Positions 26,305 through 40,644 of a stretch of DNA of 43,551 nt are shown piece after piece. A model generated the notes under the pieces. It made no database searches and was not told the DNA's origin. It was given only the letters and a program-made list of their open reading frames with translations. The DNA comes from Candidatus Zipacnadia bacterium (GTDB lineage: Bacteria > Armatimonadota > Zipacnadia > Zipacnadales > UBA5352): the NCBI GenBank assembly GCA_029821265.1, contig JALGTR010000002.1, positions 1 through 43,551 of the forward strand, in the 5' to 3' direction. The position numbers were made by a program, and so were the translations under genes. Each line of letters opens with the position of its first letter. Positions within the stretch are counted from its first letter, which is position 1.

Positions 26305-27207
26305 ATGTCTCAGGCTTACGTCAGAATTTGCAAGGAAGACTCTTGGGGCGACGGCGTGCCGGGGGCGCCGACCTGGAAGTACTTCCCGATCGAGTCGGAC
26401 GCGTACAACCTCCGGCTCAAAGTCCCCACATGGAAGCCGGAACTCAACGTCGGCTACACCGGCCGCAAGTTCCAGATCCCCAACAAGCACGACCTCAGCG
26501 GCGGTCGGCTGCAACTGCGCCCACAGCCGGCGAACATCGAGTTCCTCCTGTGGATGGGCTGGCAGCGCGATGCCAACGACGAACTGAATAGCTATGTGAT
26601 CGAGTATGAGGATAGCCAGCGCGTTCTCCGGCACAGTGGCGTGCGCGTGGCGACCATGACGTTCTCGTCCGAGCCCGAGACCGGCCCGCAGTTCGAGTTC
26701 GACATCACCGCCAAGGCCCAGGCCACGGGCACGACGTTCAAGTCCACGGCCAAGGCCGGCATCAGCGGCGTGACGTTCTTCAAGCACCAAGATTGTGCGT
26801 TCACGCTCCAAGCCGCGGGCGGCTCGGCAACGTCGATCACCACGTTGACCAACTTCAGCCTGTCGCTCGACAACAATCTCAACGCCGGCCCGCACCTCGG
26901 GTCGTCGCATTACATCGCGTGGCTCAAGGCCGGGCTGCGCTCCGTCTCGTTCGACGCGACCTTCCTCCACGAGGCCACCACGTGGATCGATGCGATGGAG
27001 GCCGAGACGAAGATCCTCGCGTCGTTCATCGGGCAACACCCCGCGGGCGGCACGGACGCGCGGTTCACCATCCACTGCGCGGATGGCAACCTCGAATCGG
27101 CGGAGACGCCGGACAACGTGAACGAGCCGACCCAAGCGAGCTACCACTTCGAGGGCGAACTGGACTCCGCCAACAACGACATCCTGGTCACCGTCGGCGA
27201 CGTCTGA
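26305..27207 (+). CDS. Tail tube (major tail) protein, non-contractile type
   Basis: E..WG, F.L.LDNNL and G.R.V...T motifs; no sheath gene present; GAGGAGG SD. Confidence 0.82.
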   Translation: MSQAYVRICKEDSWGDGVPGAPTWKYFPIESDAYNLRLKVPTWKPELNVGYTGRKFQIPNKHDLSGGRLQLRPQPANIEFLLWMGWQRDANDELNSYVIEYEDSQRVLRHSGVRVATMTFSSEPETGPQFEFDITAKAQATGTTFKSTAKAGISGVTFFKHQDCAFTLQAAGGSATSITTLTNFSLSLDNNLNAGPHLGSSHYIAWLKAGLRSVSFDATFLHEATTWIDAMEAETKILASFIGQHPAGGTDARFTIHCADGNLESAETPDNVNEPTQASYHFEGELDSANNDILVTVGDV

Positions 27208-27220
27208 TCGCACGTTGCTC

Positions 27221-27250
27221 TGGGGCGAGCCGCGCACGCGGTTCGCCCCA
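27221..27250 (+). other. Strong intergenic hairpin after the tail tube gene
   Basis: TGGGGCGAGCCGC-GCAC-GCGGTTCGCCCCA, a 13-bp stem with one G-U pair and no U-tract. Confidence 0.6.
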
Positions 27251-27329
27251 ACCCTCGCATCGCAGCGGCCGTGTGCGCTGTGAACGGTCTTGGACGGCTT
27301 GCCGCTATAACGACACCGAAGGAGGAGAC

Positions 27330-28307
27330 ATGAAGTTTGCGGATCTACTCAAGCGGAAGCGGCCATCTATTCTGATCGAGCGCCACCTCGGTGGGCTCGG
27401 CGATGTCGTGTGCATGCGCGAGGCCGTGGCGTCGCTCAAGGAGGCTCACGCCGATCACGACCTGATCATGCACGTGCAGCGGTGGTATTTCGATTTGTTC
27501 ACCGATCTCGCGGACGCGCTGGTGCCATACGAGGACGCGGGCCTGCCGATCATGTGGCCGATGTCGATGGCGCTCGGCGCGGGGCATCCCCCGATCATCG
27601 CGCACCAGTGCTTCTGCCCGTGCGGCGTCCACGAGAACGAGACCGACTTCCGGCCGACGCGCAATCGGATCGAAAACTTCGCGGACCAGCTCGGAGTCGA
27701 GCCGCGCAAGCCCGACCTCTGGCCGCTGCTCAAGGACTGGGGCAAGCGCCTGGCCAAGGGCCGCCGCAAGCGCGCAGTGATCGGCTTGCAGATCAAGTCG
27801 ATGAACCCGAGCAAGGACTGGCCACTGAGGCGCTGGCAGTCGCTGGCCAAGCTCTTCGGCGAGATCGCCAATCTCGGCCGCGTGCGAGTGTTCTCGCATC
27901 AGCGCGAGACGTGGAAGATGCCCAACGCCGAGCACGTCTGCGCCAAGACATGCCGCGAGCTGATCGAGTCCACGGCCGAGTGCGACCTGATGATCGCCCC
28001 CGACTCGGGGCTGATGCACGTCGCGGCCGCGCTCGACATCCCGACCGTCGCCATGTTCGGCCCGACCGACGGCGCGCTCACATGCAAGTATTACCCGAGC
28101 GTGCGCGTGATCGAGCATCGGGATCCCGAGCGCACGTGCCGCCAGCCCTGCTACTACAACGTCGACAACAACCGCTACCACTGCTACGCGGACGCCAGCG
28201 ACGAGGACACGCCGCGCATCGGCGACTGCATGGTCGGGATCACGGTCGTCGAGGTCTACCACGCGGCGCTCGATCTGCTCCACGAGAGCGGGAGGCTGGC
28301 AGCATGA
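27330..28307 (+). CDS. Glycosyltransferase family 9 (heptosyltransferase-like)
   Basis: GGLGDVV, K.WP...W, CDL.I.PDSG.MH.AAAL..PTV..FGPT and C.PC....C...CM..I motifs. AAGGAGG SD. Confidence 0.92.
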   Translation: MKFADLLKRKRPSILIERHLGGLGDVVCMREAVASLKEAHADHDLIMHVQRWYFDLFTDLADALVPYEDAGLPIMWPMSMALGAGHPPIIAHQCFCPCGVHENETDFRPTRNRIENFADQLGVEPRKPDLWPLLKDWGKRLAKGRRKRAVIGLQIKSMNPSKDWPLRRWQSLAKLFGEIANLGRVRVFSHQRETWKMPNAEHVCAKTCRELIESTAECDLMIAPDSGLMHVAAALDIPTVAMFGPTDGALTCKYYPSVRVIEHRDPERTCRQPCYYNVDNNRYHCYADASDEDTPRIGDCMVGITVVEVYHAALDLLHESGRLAA

Positions 28308-28915
28308 ACCCCGCCATCGACTACAAGGGCGTCTACGATGAGGTCTTCGGTCGCAGTCGCGAGAGCGGCCGCTGCCTCGGCTTCTCGACCTACATGAACG
28401 GCAAGATCACGTTCGGCATCGCCGGCAAGACCGTGCTCGACGTGGGGTGTGGCAAGGGCGACCTCATGGTCATGCTGCGCGAGCGCATGGCCGACGTGCA
28501 GGGCGTGGACGTGGGCCGCTACGTGCTCGACGAGACGCTTCCCGTCGAGGTCGTGCCCACCGCGGCCAAGCTGCCCCACGAGCGCGACTCGTTCGACCTC
28601 GTGACGTGCAGCCACATGCTCGAGCACGTGGTCATCACCGAGCTGCCGAGCGTGATCGGCGAGCTGTTCATCGTGGCCAAGAGCTACGTAATCATCAGCG
28701 TGGGCCTGCCCGACTGCCCCGAGCACATGAGCGTGCTGCCGTGGTCGGAGTGGGTGGTGATGATCGATCGTAGCGCCCGCGCCCATGAGTTCGCCTGCAT
28801 CCGCGCCGAGCAGGACGGCCTCAGCGGCAACAACATCCTCATCTATCGAGCCATCGCCGAGTGCACCGAGAAGGAGTATCAGCCCCGTCGGATCAAAAGG
28901 AGGTATGGAGAATGA
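28304..28915 (+). CDS. Class I SAM-dependent methyltransferase
   Basis: VLDVGCGKG, GVD, LP....SFDLV...HMLEHV. ATGA coupling. Confidence 0.9.
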   Translation: MNPAIDYKGVYDEVFGRSRESGRCLGFSTYMNGKITFGIAGKTVLDVGCGKGDLMVMLRERMADVQGVDVGRYVLDETLPVEVVPTAAKLPHERDSFDLVTCSHMLEHVVITELPSVIGELFIVAKSYVIISVGLPDCPEHMSVLPWSEWVVMIDRSARAHEFACIRAEQDGLSGNNILIYRAIAECTEKEYQPRRIKRRYGE

Positions 28916-29310
28916 ACATTGAGTCAATGGAACTGGGCTACCTGCCCCACGCGGATGACAGAGAGTATCTGTTTCGGCGCTACACGCTCGTGCGATCGGG
29001 CCAACTTGGCCAGGCGTGCGTGATCGTGTCCACGCTTGGCTCGCGCCTCCCGGTCGGCGCGAGGGCGATGGCAGAGATGTCGCCTGGAGTCACGCACCAA
29101 ACAACGGTTCATGCTGCCCTCCAGGACGACGATTGTTACTGGATGCCTGTTCTCGTCCCCCCGATCATCTTGCGTGGTCCGTCCAGCGTCGCCAGTCTCG
29201 GGAGTCACGACTGTGGGACCAACCATAGGGCGTGGCGAAACCACGAGGCTGCGGTCGCAGAGATGATGGCTCGAATGCGAGCCGGCGAGGACTGGGGGGA
29301 GGCGAGCTGA
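28912..29310 (+). CDS. Hypothetical protein
   Basis: AGGAGG/GGAG SD; coupled on both sides; no family recognised. Confidence 0.65.
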   Translation: MNIESMELGYLPHADDREYLFRRYTLVRSGQLGQACVIVSTLGSRLPVGARAMAEMSPGVTHQTTVHAALQDDDCYWMPVLVPPIILRGPSSVASLGSHDCGTNHRAWRNHEAAVAEMMARMRAGEDWGEAS

Positions 29311-29311
29311 C

Positions 29312-30280
29312 ATGAAGACCGCAATCATCTGCCCGCATCAGCCCGGCCCGATCATGCTGTTTGAGAGGCACGCGCCGGTCCACTCGTGGCCGCAATGGGT
29401 CAACGTGCTGCCCGACTGCATCATCGGGTTCGGCTCAGAGATAACGTCCGAGACGCCCGTGCGGCTGTCCGACCGCGAGCTGTTCGTCGTGATCGGCGGG
29501 GCCCAGGCGTTGCACGTCATGCAACAACTGCGGACGCTCTTCCCCGGCGTGCCGGTCGTCGCGCTCCAGGACGGCAACACCGCGTGGGGCTCGCCCTACA
29601 TGGGCGCCCTCTCGTGGCACGACCAATACCCCAAGCTGGTCGAGTTCTACCAGACCGCGGACGCGATCTTCAGCGCCACGGGCAACGCTATGGAGTTCTA
29701 TGGACTACTCAATCCGCGCGTGTCTTACATCGGCCTGCCGTATCCCGAGGAGTATCTCGACTACGCGCTGCCCGACGACGAGCGCGAGGACGATCTGCTG
29801 CTGCTCGGGTGCAGGCATCCGATGGGCGCCGACCTCGTGATCGGCGTGCAGATTGCCAAGCGCCTCGGGATGCGGGTCATGCTGCCCGGCGATCCCGCGG
29901 GTCAGACCAAGGCCTTGTGCGACACGTTCGGCGTCGAGTCTGAGCGCGTCGAGCCGGGACTCGATCAGGTGAGCTGGCTCAAGCGCGTGGCCAAGTGCAA
30001 GGCCGCGCTCTACCTCGATGGCATGGGCAGCGTCGGGCGTTTCGTCCGCGACTGCGCGGCCCTGCGGATCCCGTGCCTCTACAACAGCAGGGCGGACGCA
30101 CCTCTGCCCCTCCGACAAATAAACCCAGATTACCATGTGGTGAGTGTGGAATATTTGCTGGGCGATGTTTTAGAGAACGAGTGGGGGTCCTTAGCGGATC
30201 GTCAGTTTGAGGTGTTGCAGCATTCCTTCACCGCCCCCTCCCGCGCCCGCTTCGAGGAGGCCTGCTCATGCCTCTCGTAG
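29312..30280 (+). CDS. Putative GT-B fold glycosyltransferase
   Basis: AD.IF, Y..LPYP and C-terminal SVGRF..DCAAL.IPC, resembling the GT-B nucleotide-sugar binding motif. Confidence 0.6.
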   Translation: MKTAIICPHQPGPIMLFERHAPVHSWPQWVNVLPDCIIGFGSEITSETPVRLSDRELFVVIGGAQALHVMQQLRTLFPGVPVVALQDGNTAWGSPYMGALSWHDQYPKLVEFYQTADAIFSATGNAMEFYGLLNPRVSYIGLPYPEEYLDYALPDDEREDDLLLLGCRHPMGADLVIGVQIAKRLGMRVMLPGDPAGQTKALCDTFGVESERVEPGLDQVSWLKRVAKCKAALYLDGMGSVGRFVRDCAALRIPCLYNSRADAPLPLRQINPDYHVVSVEYLLGDVLENEWGSLADRQFEVLQHSFTAPSRARFEEACSCLS

Positions 30281-30498
30281 CCCCACCACTCATGCCGCGC
30301 CCGCGCGTCGGCGCACGGGTCCGCGTCACGGCCCCGCTCGTCGGCGGCACGTTGCAGCCGGGCGAGGAGGGCACGGTCATGCAGACTGGCAGCCGCGGCG
30401 ACTTCGGCGACGGCACGTTCTACTTCATGGTTACGTTCCCCAACCACATGGGCTGGTTCAATTTCACCGAGCGCGACTCGGGATTGGAGATTGTATGA
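30268..30498 (+). CDS. Small hypothetical protein (SH3-like beta barrel?)
   Basis: VG.RVRV......G..GTV......V.F pattern; GAGGAGG SD. Confidence 0.55.
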   Translation: MPLVAPPLMPRPRVGARVRVTAPLVGGTLQPGEEGTVMQTGSRGDFGDGTFYFMVTFPNHMGWFNFTERDSGLEIV

Positions 30499-31196
30499 AT
30501 CCGTTCGCGGAGGCGACAAGCTATTTCGAATTGACCGAGGGCCGCGGCAAGGGCAGCGAGTTCTATGACTACTACAAGAACGAGCGCGGGCTTGATCTGT
30601 TCGCGTTCGGCACGTGGCAGGTGCAGTATGCCGACATGGTCATCAGCGCGTTCGGTCTCACTCCCGGCACGAAGCTGCTCGACATCGGCTGCGGCGGCGG
30701 CGCTAACACGAAGGCGTTCCTCTCCCGCAACATCGACGCCTGGGGCGTGGACATCAACCGCTGGGTGATCGAGAACTCACCCCACGCCAACGGCCGCCTG
30801 AGCGTGGCAGGCGCGGACGACCTCGCACTCTACGACGATGGCCTGTTCGACTTCCTCCATTCGCAGCAGGTCTTCGAGCACATCGCCGAGGAGCGCTGCG
30901 ATGCCATGTTCGCAGAGCTGCGTCGCGTGGCCAAGCCCAACGCGCTATTGTTCGCCGGCCTCGTGGTAGCGCCCGAGCCGAAGCGCGACGACACATGCGC
31001 GGCCGAGCCAGACATCGTGCGCGAGTTTGACCCCGACGACGACCCGACGCACATCAACGTCAAGCCCTGGTCGTGGTGGCATGAGTTGGCCACCAACCAC
31101 GGGTTCGTGCGGCAACGGGTTTACGAGACCGCGCTGCGATGCCACCCATGGTTCGACGGGCACGCGTTCGACTTCGCCGTCTGGCGCAGAACGTAA
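30495..31196 (+). CDS. Class I SAM-dependent methyltransferase
   Basis: LLDIGCGGG, WGVDI, FD..HSQQVFEHI and DPTHINVK..W motifs. Confidence 0.9.
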   Translation: MNPFAEATSYFELTEGRGKGSEFYDYYKNERGLDLFAFGTWQVQYADMVISAFGLTPGTKLLDIGCGGGANTKAFLSRNIDAWGVDINRWVIENSPHANGRLSVAGADDLALYDDGLFDFLHSQQVFEHIAEERCDAMFAELRRVAKPNALLFAGLVVAPEPKRDDTCAAEPDIVREFDPDDDPTHINVKPWSWWHELATNHGFVRQRVYETALRCHPWFDGHAFDFAVWRRT

Positions 31197-31200
31197 GACC

Positions 31201-31257
31201 ATGGAGCACAGTCGCCCCCGACTGTGTTTTCCCCAGCCGAGGGCGGCTGGGCTCCAT
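31201..31257 (+). repeat. REPIN-like double-hairpin element, copy 2
   Basis: Same two hairpins and ATGGAG/CTCCAT termini with a shorter spacer; abuts the tape measure SD. Confidence 0.9.
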
Positions 31258-31267
31258 CGAGGAAATC

Positions 31268-34153
31268 ATGGCCGACAAAACCACAATCATCATCGAAGGC
31301 AAGGACAAGGCCTCGGCGGTCTTCAAGAAGATCGCCCAGGCATACGCGTCCATGGAGTCGAAGGTCTCCAAGAGCAGTATGGCTGGCGCGGGCATGATGG
31401 GCGCGGTCATGGGCCTGCCCGGGATGATCCTTGGCGTGATGGGCACGTCGCTCAAGATCGTCACCGGCGGCATGAGCGCTATCCTCAACGTCGCCACCAA
31501 GACCATCGGCCTCGTGGTCGGCGTGGTGCGCGGTGCGGCGAGTGCCGTGCTGGCCGTCGTGTCTGGCGTCGTGCGCACGATCACGTCGATCGTCGGCGCG
31601 CTTGTGGGGGTTGCCACGCGCATCGCGGGAGTGATCGTGGGCATCGTGGCCAAGGCGACGCTCGCGGTCGGCGCGGCCGCGGCCGCGATGTTCGCGGCCA
31701 TCGTCTACCAGGGCGTCAAGTTCGAGCGGCAGATGGCGGAGGTATGGACGCTCGTCTCCGAGCAGGGGCAGGGCGAGTTCGCCAAGCTCAAGAGCGGCGT
31801 GATCTCGATCTTCCGCGACCTGCCCACGAGCTTGACCGGCCTGACCAGGGGACTCTACGACACGATCAGCGCCGGCATCACCAACGCCGACGACGCGCTC
31901 ACCGTGATGCGCGAGGTGAGCAAGGCGGCCATCGCTGGCGTGTCCGACGCCGGCACGATGGGCAGCGCCTTCATGACCGTGATGCAGGGCTTCAAGATCC
32001 ACGCGTCGAAGGCCAAGGACATCTCCGACGCCTTCTTCGCCACGATCAAGCAGGGCCGCCTCGTGGCCAACGACCTCGCCCAGGGGCTCGGGTTCGTCGC
32101 GGGCATGGCCGGCAACATGGGCATCAAGTATCGCGAGGCGCTCGCTGCCATCGCGGTGGCCACCCGCACGTTGCGACCCGAGATGGCCTTCGTCGGCATG
32201 GCGCAGTTCCTCCAGGCGCTCATCAAGCCCGCGGACGCCGCGGCCAAGGCCATCGAGCGCATGGGCCTGCGCTTCTGGAAGGTCGGCAAGAACGGCAAGA
32301 AGACGTTCGTCGGCTTGAAGAACGCCATCGATCAGATCATCAAGCTCAAGCTCGACCCCACCCAGGTCGCGGAGCTGTTCCCCGAGGCACGCGCCCAGCG
32401 CTTCGTGCTCGCGCTCATGGCGCAGCGCAAGGAATACAACCAGATCTTCGCGGACGTGAAGGGCGCGTCGGGCACCGCGAAGACCGCGTTCGACATCATC
32501 GCCAACACCGCGGGCGCCCAGATGCAGCTCGCGTGGAACAAGGTGCGTGCGGGCGGCCTGAGCGTATGGGAGGAGATCAAGAAGGCCGCGCTGCCCACGC
32601 TCAAGCTGATGAACGAGAGCATCGACAGGATCAGCGACGCGCTCGACGACGCGCTCGCCAGCAAGGCGTGGAAGGACTTCTCCGCGTCGGCGCAGACCTT
32701 CCTCGAGGGCGCGGCCAACGACGTGGTGCTGTGGCTCATGGATCTGCCCGGCCACATCGACACGGCCACCACGAAGCTCGCCGAGTGGACCAAGCCCGTG
32801 CGCGAGGCGGTTGACTACCTAAGCCGCATCGACCTCACCGCGACCGCGGCGAAATACGGCACGGCATGGGCCACCGCGCAGAAGAGCATCAGCGAGGGCG
32901 CGCAGCGCGTGCGCGACTGGCTCATCGACACCGCGGCCGCCGCGGCCAAGGCCATGCTCGGCATCGGCGTCTCGTTACTCATGGGCTTCCAAGAATCCCT
33001 GCCTCAGATCAACTCCATCCTCGCGGGCATCGCCGACCAGATCAACACCGTCGCTGCGTCGCTGCAGTGGGTGCTGTCGGCGGGGATCGGCGCGGAGATC
33101 GGGCATCAGAAGAACATCCAGCGAGACCAGATGGGCAAGGCCGATGCTGCCGAGAAGGGCAGCCCCGAATGGAAGGCCGCGTATAAGGCGTGGCGAGAGG
33201 CCGCACAGCGAGAGAAGGAGCTGACCGAGCAGCGCAAGAGGCTCGTCGAGGGCGGCGACATTATCGACTTCAAGCCCATCGACGTCACGGTCATCCCCCT
33301 CGCCCGCAAACTCAACGAACTCAAGAAGGGCGTCGACCAGAACGCCGCGGACCTCAAGAAGGGCAAGCTCCCCGAAGCGGTCGACGACCTCGCCAAGAAG
33401 ATCAAGGACGCGGCGAACAAGATCGCGCCGGTCATGCGGCCTCCCGCGGAAGCACCACCCGCCGCGCAGCCCGCCGCACCACCCGCGGATGATGCCCCCG
33501 CGGAGAAGCCCAAGCGCAAGCGCCGTCGCACGATCGCCGACGTCCTGCGCGACCGCAAGCGTGCCCGCATCGCCAAGCGCAAGGCGGAGCGCGAGGGCGG
33601 AGCGGGTCCCGAGCCCGCGATCGATGGCGGCGATGCTACCGAAGACCAGGGGGGAGCCCCTGCCGCTCAGCCACAACGCCGCAACCCTGCTCGCGATATC
33701 TTCACGGGCCGCGGTCGCAGGCGTCGACGCAAGCGCCGCCGACGCGACCCCCTCCGCTATGCGCGGAAGCGCCGCGGTGGCGCCGAGCGCGAGCCAGTCG
33801 AGTGGGAGGAGGTCAATGACCCCGAGACCGCGGCACGCGTGCGCGGTGAGATGGAAGAGCGCATGGGCGGCGGCGCCAAAGAACTCGCGCAGGACAAGGG
33901 CGCTGAGATGCAGCGCGCCACCGACGAGCGCCAGGCCGCGGCCGCGGAGAAGGCCGCCGCTATGGAGGAGTCCGTCGCGGCGGCGCAGGAGGAGGCCGCG
34001 ACCAACATGGAGCGCATGGCCGACGCCGCGGAGAAGAATGCCGAGCAAACCGAGAAGTTAGCCGCCACCGCCAAAGACCGCCTCGCGACCATCGAGGCGG
34101 CCTTGGCCAACGCCGAGTCGCAGATCGCTGCGCTCGCACAGCCGGGAGGCTAA
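31268..34153 (+). CDS. Tail tape measure protein (TP901-family core)
   Basis: ~960 aa and Ala-rich; I.GKDKAS N-terminus, FE..MA.V.T, GLY..ISAG, SDAFF.T.K.G motifs. Confidence 0.92.
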   Translation: MADKTTIIIEGKDKASAVFKKIAQAYASMESKVSKSSMAGAGMMGAVMGLPGMILGVMGTSLKIVTGGMSAILNVATKTIGLVVGVVRGAASAVLAVVSGVVRTITSIVGALVGVATRIAGVIVGIVAKATLAVGAAAAAMFAAIVYQGVKFERQMAEVWTLVSEQGQGEFAKLKSGVISIFRDLPTSLTGLTRGLYDTISAGITNADDALTVMREVSKAAIAGVSDAGTMGSAFMTVMQGFKIHASKAKDISDAFFATIKQGRLVANDLAQGLGFVAGMAGNMGIKYREALAAIAVATRTLRPEMAFVGMAQFLQALIKPADAAAKAIERMGLRFWKVGKNGKKTFVGLKNAIDQIIKLKLDPTQVAELFPEARAQRFVLALMAQRKEYNQIFADVKGASGTAKTAFDIIANTAGAQMQLAWNKVRAGGLSVWEEIKKAALPTLKLMNESIDRISDALDDALASKAWKDFSASAQTFLEGAANDVVLWLMDLPGHIDTATTKLAEWTKPVREAVDYLSRIDLTATAAKYGTAWATAQKSISEGAQRVRDWLIDTAAAAAKAMLGIGVSLLMGFQESLPQINSILAGIADQINTVAASLQWVLSAGIGAEIGHQKNIQRDQMGKADAAEKGSPEWKAAYKAWREAAQREKELTEQRKRLVEGGDIIDFKPIDVTVIPLARKLNELKKGVDQNAADLKKGKLPEAVDDLAKKIKDAANKIAPVMRPPAEAPPAAQPAAPPADDAPAEKPKRKRRRTIADVLRDRKRARIAKRKAEREGGAGPEPAIDGGDATEDQGGAPAAQPQRRNPARDIFTGRGRRRRRKRRRRDPLRYARKRRGGAEREPVEWEEVNDPETAARVRGEMEERMGGGAKELAQDKGAEMQRATDERQAAAAEKAAAMEESVAAAQEEAATNMERMADAAEKNAEQTEKLAATAKDRLATIEAALANAESQIAALAQPGG

Positions 34154-34156
34154 CCC

Positions 34157-34945
34157 ATGCGCGGCGTGTTCGACGACGGCTCCTCAACGATCACCCTCGG
34201 CAGCGACTGCTACCTCGTCCCGAGCAGCATGTCCGAGCGCGTGCGCCACGCGCCGCTCAACCGCACGCAGGAGTTCATCTTCGACGTCGGCGGCGGCTAC
34301 TACAACCTCGTGGTCGCGGGCGAGATCGAGCGCCACAACCAGGGCGACGCGGAGTGGTGGCTCTACCAGAAGCTGCTCGCACTCGGCGCCAGCGGCCTCG
34401 GCGACCTCAGCGTCAACGGCCACAAGTTCCCCAACGCCATGTTCACCAGCGGCCGCGGCTACGTCAACGCGTTCAAGGCGGTCACCTACTGGTATCAGTT
34501 CGCCTGCTCGCTGCCCGAGCGGAGCGCGTCCCTCGCCGCGGGCGACAGCGCCGGCGCGGACGAGGCCGAGTATGCCGGCCGCGGCTCGTGGGACATCTAC
34601 CACCTCGCGGGCGAGCAGCTCGGCACGATGGGCGCGCTCGAGATCGCGGTGAGCCGGCCCGTCGAGATCAAACGCCTCACCCGATGCTATGGCGTGCGCA
34701 TCGAGGATCTGTCCCGCGGGCGGCAGGTGAGCCTGACCTACAGCGGCGATCACCACCACGACACCTACGCCGACCTCTGCGAGTGGTGCTGGCAGTTCCA
34801 AGCACGCATCGGCTACCAGGAGGCCACGCTCACCGGCTGTGGCAACACGTTCGACAACGTCTTCCTCCAGAGCATCACCCCCGAGACCGACGCGGACCGC
34901 AGGCAACTGCGGTTCACGGCCCAGATGATCCAATACGCAGCATGA
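34157..34945 (+). CDS. Putative distal tail (Dit-like) protein
   Basis: Directly after the tape measure gene; two similar halves (G.L...G..F.N..). Confidence 0.55.
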   Translation: MRGVFDDGSSTITLGSDCYLVPSSMSERVRHAPLNRTQEFIFDVGGGYYNLVVAGEIERHNQGDAEWWLYQKLLALGASGLGDLSVNGHKFPNAMFTSGRGYVNAFKAVTYWYQFACSLPERSASLAAGDSAGADEAEYAGRGSWDIYHLAGEQLGTMGALEIAVSRPVEIKRLTRCYGVRIEDLSRGRQVSLTYSGDHHHDTYADLCEWCWQFQARIGYQEATLTGCGNTFDNVFLQSITPETDADRRQLRFTAQMIQYAA

Positions 34946-35118
34946 ACCGACGACGCACACCCATGATCAACGGCTACGAATACGACATGCTCACCACGTG
35001 GCGGCGGAACGCCCATAGCAACCGCGGGCGGTCCGACTGGGCCAAGCGCTCCTATCGCCGCCGCGTCCGCCGCTCCGAACGCACCGAGATCGAGCAAGCC
35101 CTCACCGACAGCGAGTAG
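34942..35118 (+). CDS. Small basic hypothetical protein
   Basis: ATGA coupling; EYD.LT.WRR...KR.Y.RR.RR pattern. Confidence 0.55.
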   Translation: MNRRRTPMINGYEYDMLTTWRRNAHSNRGRSDWAKRSYRRRVRRSERTEIEQALTDSE

Positions 35119-35121
35119 ACC

Positions 35122-39386
<4,265 letters not shown>

Positions 39387-39389
39387 CCC

Positions 39390-40190
39390 ATGCACATCAC
39401 CGCCATCTGCCCGACCTACGGACGCTTCGAGCTGCTGCGTGCAGCGGTGGGATGCTTCGTCACGCAGACGCACGCGGACCGCGACATGCTCATCCTCAAC
39501 GACGCGCCTGTGCCGATCGAGTGCGACGTGCCCGGCGTGCGGGTCATCAACAACACACACGACTTCGGCTCACTCGGCGGGAAGTATGCCCATATGCTGG
39601 ACGAGGCCGAGGGCGACGTGATCGCGCACTGGGAGGACGACGACCTCTATCTCCCGTGGCACCTCGCGTCCGCGGCCGAGGCGATGGACGAGCCCCGCCT
39701 CGCAACGAAAGGGGACACGATTCCGAATCGTGTCCCCTTCCCCGGCGTGGTCAAGCCCCGCCTGTCGTGGTGCGTGGTCTGGGATGGCGAGCGCTGGAAG
39801 CTCGGCGGCCGGACCAATGCGCTCTGCGAGGCCAGCACGGTCTACCACTTTGCCGCGTGGACTTACTGTGGGGGCTACCGACCCGAGCACTCGACCCACA
39901 GCCGCGCAACGCTGTTGCAGGCCGATAGCATGGGCATGCTGCGTCGCTACGACCCCCGGCCCTGCACGGGCTACGTCTTCTGTCGGCTGCACCCTGGCAT
40001 CCGACACGGCAGCGGCCTGCTCGACCGCCGCGACGGCAAGGCCATCTTCGAGGCGGGCAACAAGGACTTCGGCGACGGCCAGCCACTCACCCCCGTGTTC
40101 GACGACGGCCGGCTCGCGGCCTTCCGCGATGGCCTCAGCGCAAAACTCCCCCCTGAACAGGAGCGGCGCGTTGCATCCCAACTCGCGTAA
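39390..40190 (+). CDS. Glycosyltransferase family 2
   Basis: ICPTYGR, F..QT, ILND, SLG.K, and A.GD.IAHWEDDD.YLPWHL motifs. Confidence 0.88.
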   Translation: MHITAICPTYGRFELLRAAVGCFVTQTHADRDMLILNDAPVPIECDVPGVRVINNTHDFGSLGGKYAHMLDEAEGDVIAHWEDDDLYLPWHLASAAEAMDEPRLATKGDTIPNRVPFPGVVKPRLSWCVVWDGERWKLGGRTNALCEASTVYHFAAWTYCGGYRPEHSTHSRATLLQADSMGMLRRYDPRPCTGYVFCRLHPGIRHGSGLLDRRDGKAIFEAGNKDFGDGQPLTPVFDDGRLAAFRDGLSAKLPPEQERRVASQLA

Positions 40191-40644
40191 GCTCATGGCC
40201 GCGTTCGTGGCCACGTTGCCGCCGCCGCCCCTGCGCATCATCGACGTCGGCGCACAGAACGTCAACGGCGTCTACCGCGATCTGTTCGCCGGCTACGACT
40301 ACGTGGGGGCGGACATCTGCGCCGGCCGCAACGTGGATGTGGTCATGCACAGCCCCTACGACTGGCGTGTGGGCGCCGATTGGGACGTGGCGATCTCTGG
40401 CCAGTGCGTCGAGCACGTGCCCGACGTGGCCGCGTGGGCTCGCGAGTTCGGCGCCCTGTTGAGGCCAGGGGGATGGGCCTGCATTATCGCCCCGTGGAGG
40501 TGGGGCGAGCACCGTTACCCCGTCGATTGCTGGCGCGTCATGCCCGATGGCATGGCATGGATCATGGAGACGGCTGGACTGATCGCTGTCAAGACGCGTA
40601 TGGATCAAAACGACTGTATAGGCACCGCAAGGAGGTCATCGTGA
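40171..40644 (+). CDS. Class I SAM-dependent methyltransferase
   Basis: IIDVGAQNVNG, YVGAD...G.NVD.V, ISGQ..EHV and EHRYPVDCWR. TTG start with AGGAG SD (alternative ATG at 40195). Confidence 0.88.
   Translation: MHPNSRKLMAAFVATLPPPPLRIIDVGAQNVNGVYRDLFAGYDYVGADICAGRNVDVVMHSPYDWRVGADWDVAISGQCVEHVPDVAAWAREFGALLRPGGWACIIAPWRWGEHRYPVDCWRVMPDGMAWIMETAGLIAVKTRMDQNDCIGTARRSS

Noticed and set aside
27280-27311. Internal promoter for the GT9 block (TATAAC at 27306)
   Set aside because: There is no properly spaced -35. It cannot be supported, though if real it would favour lysogenic expression of block 1.
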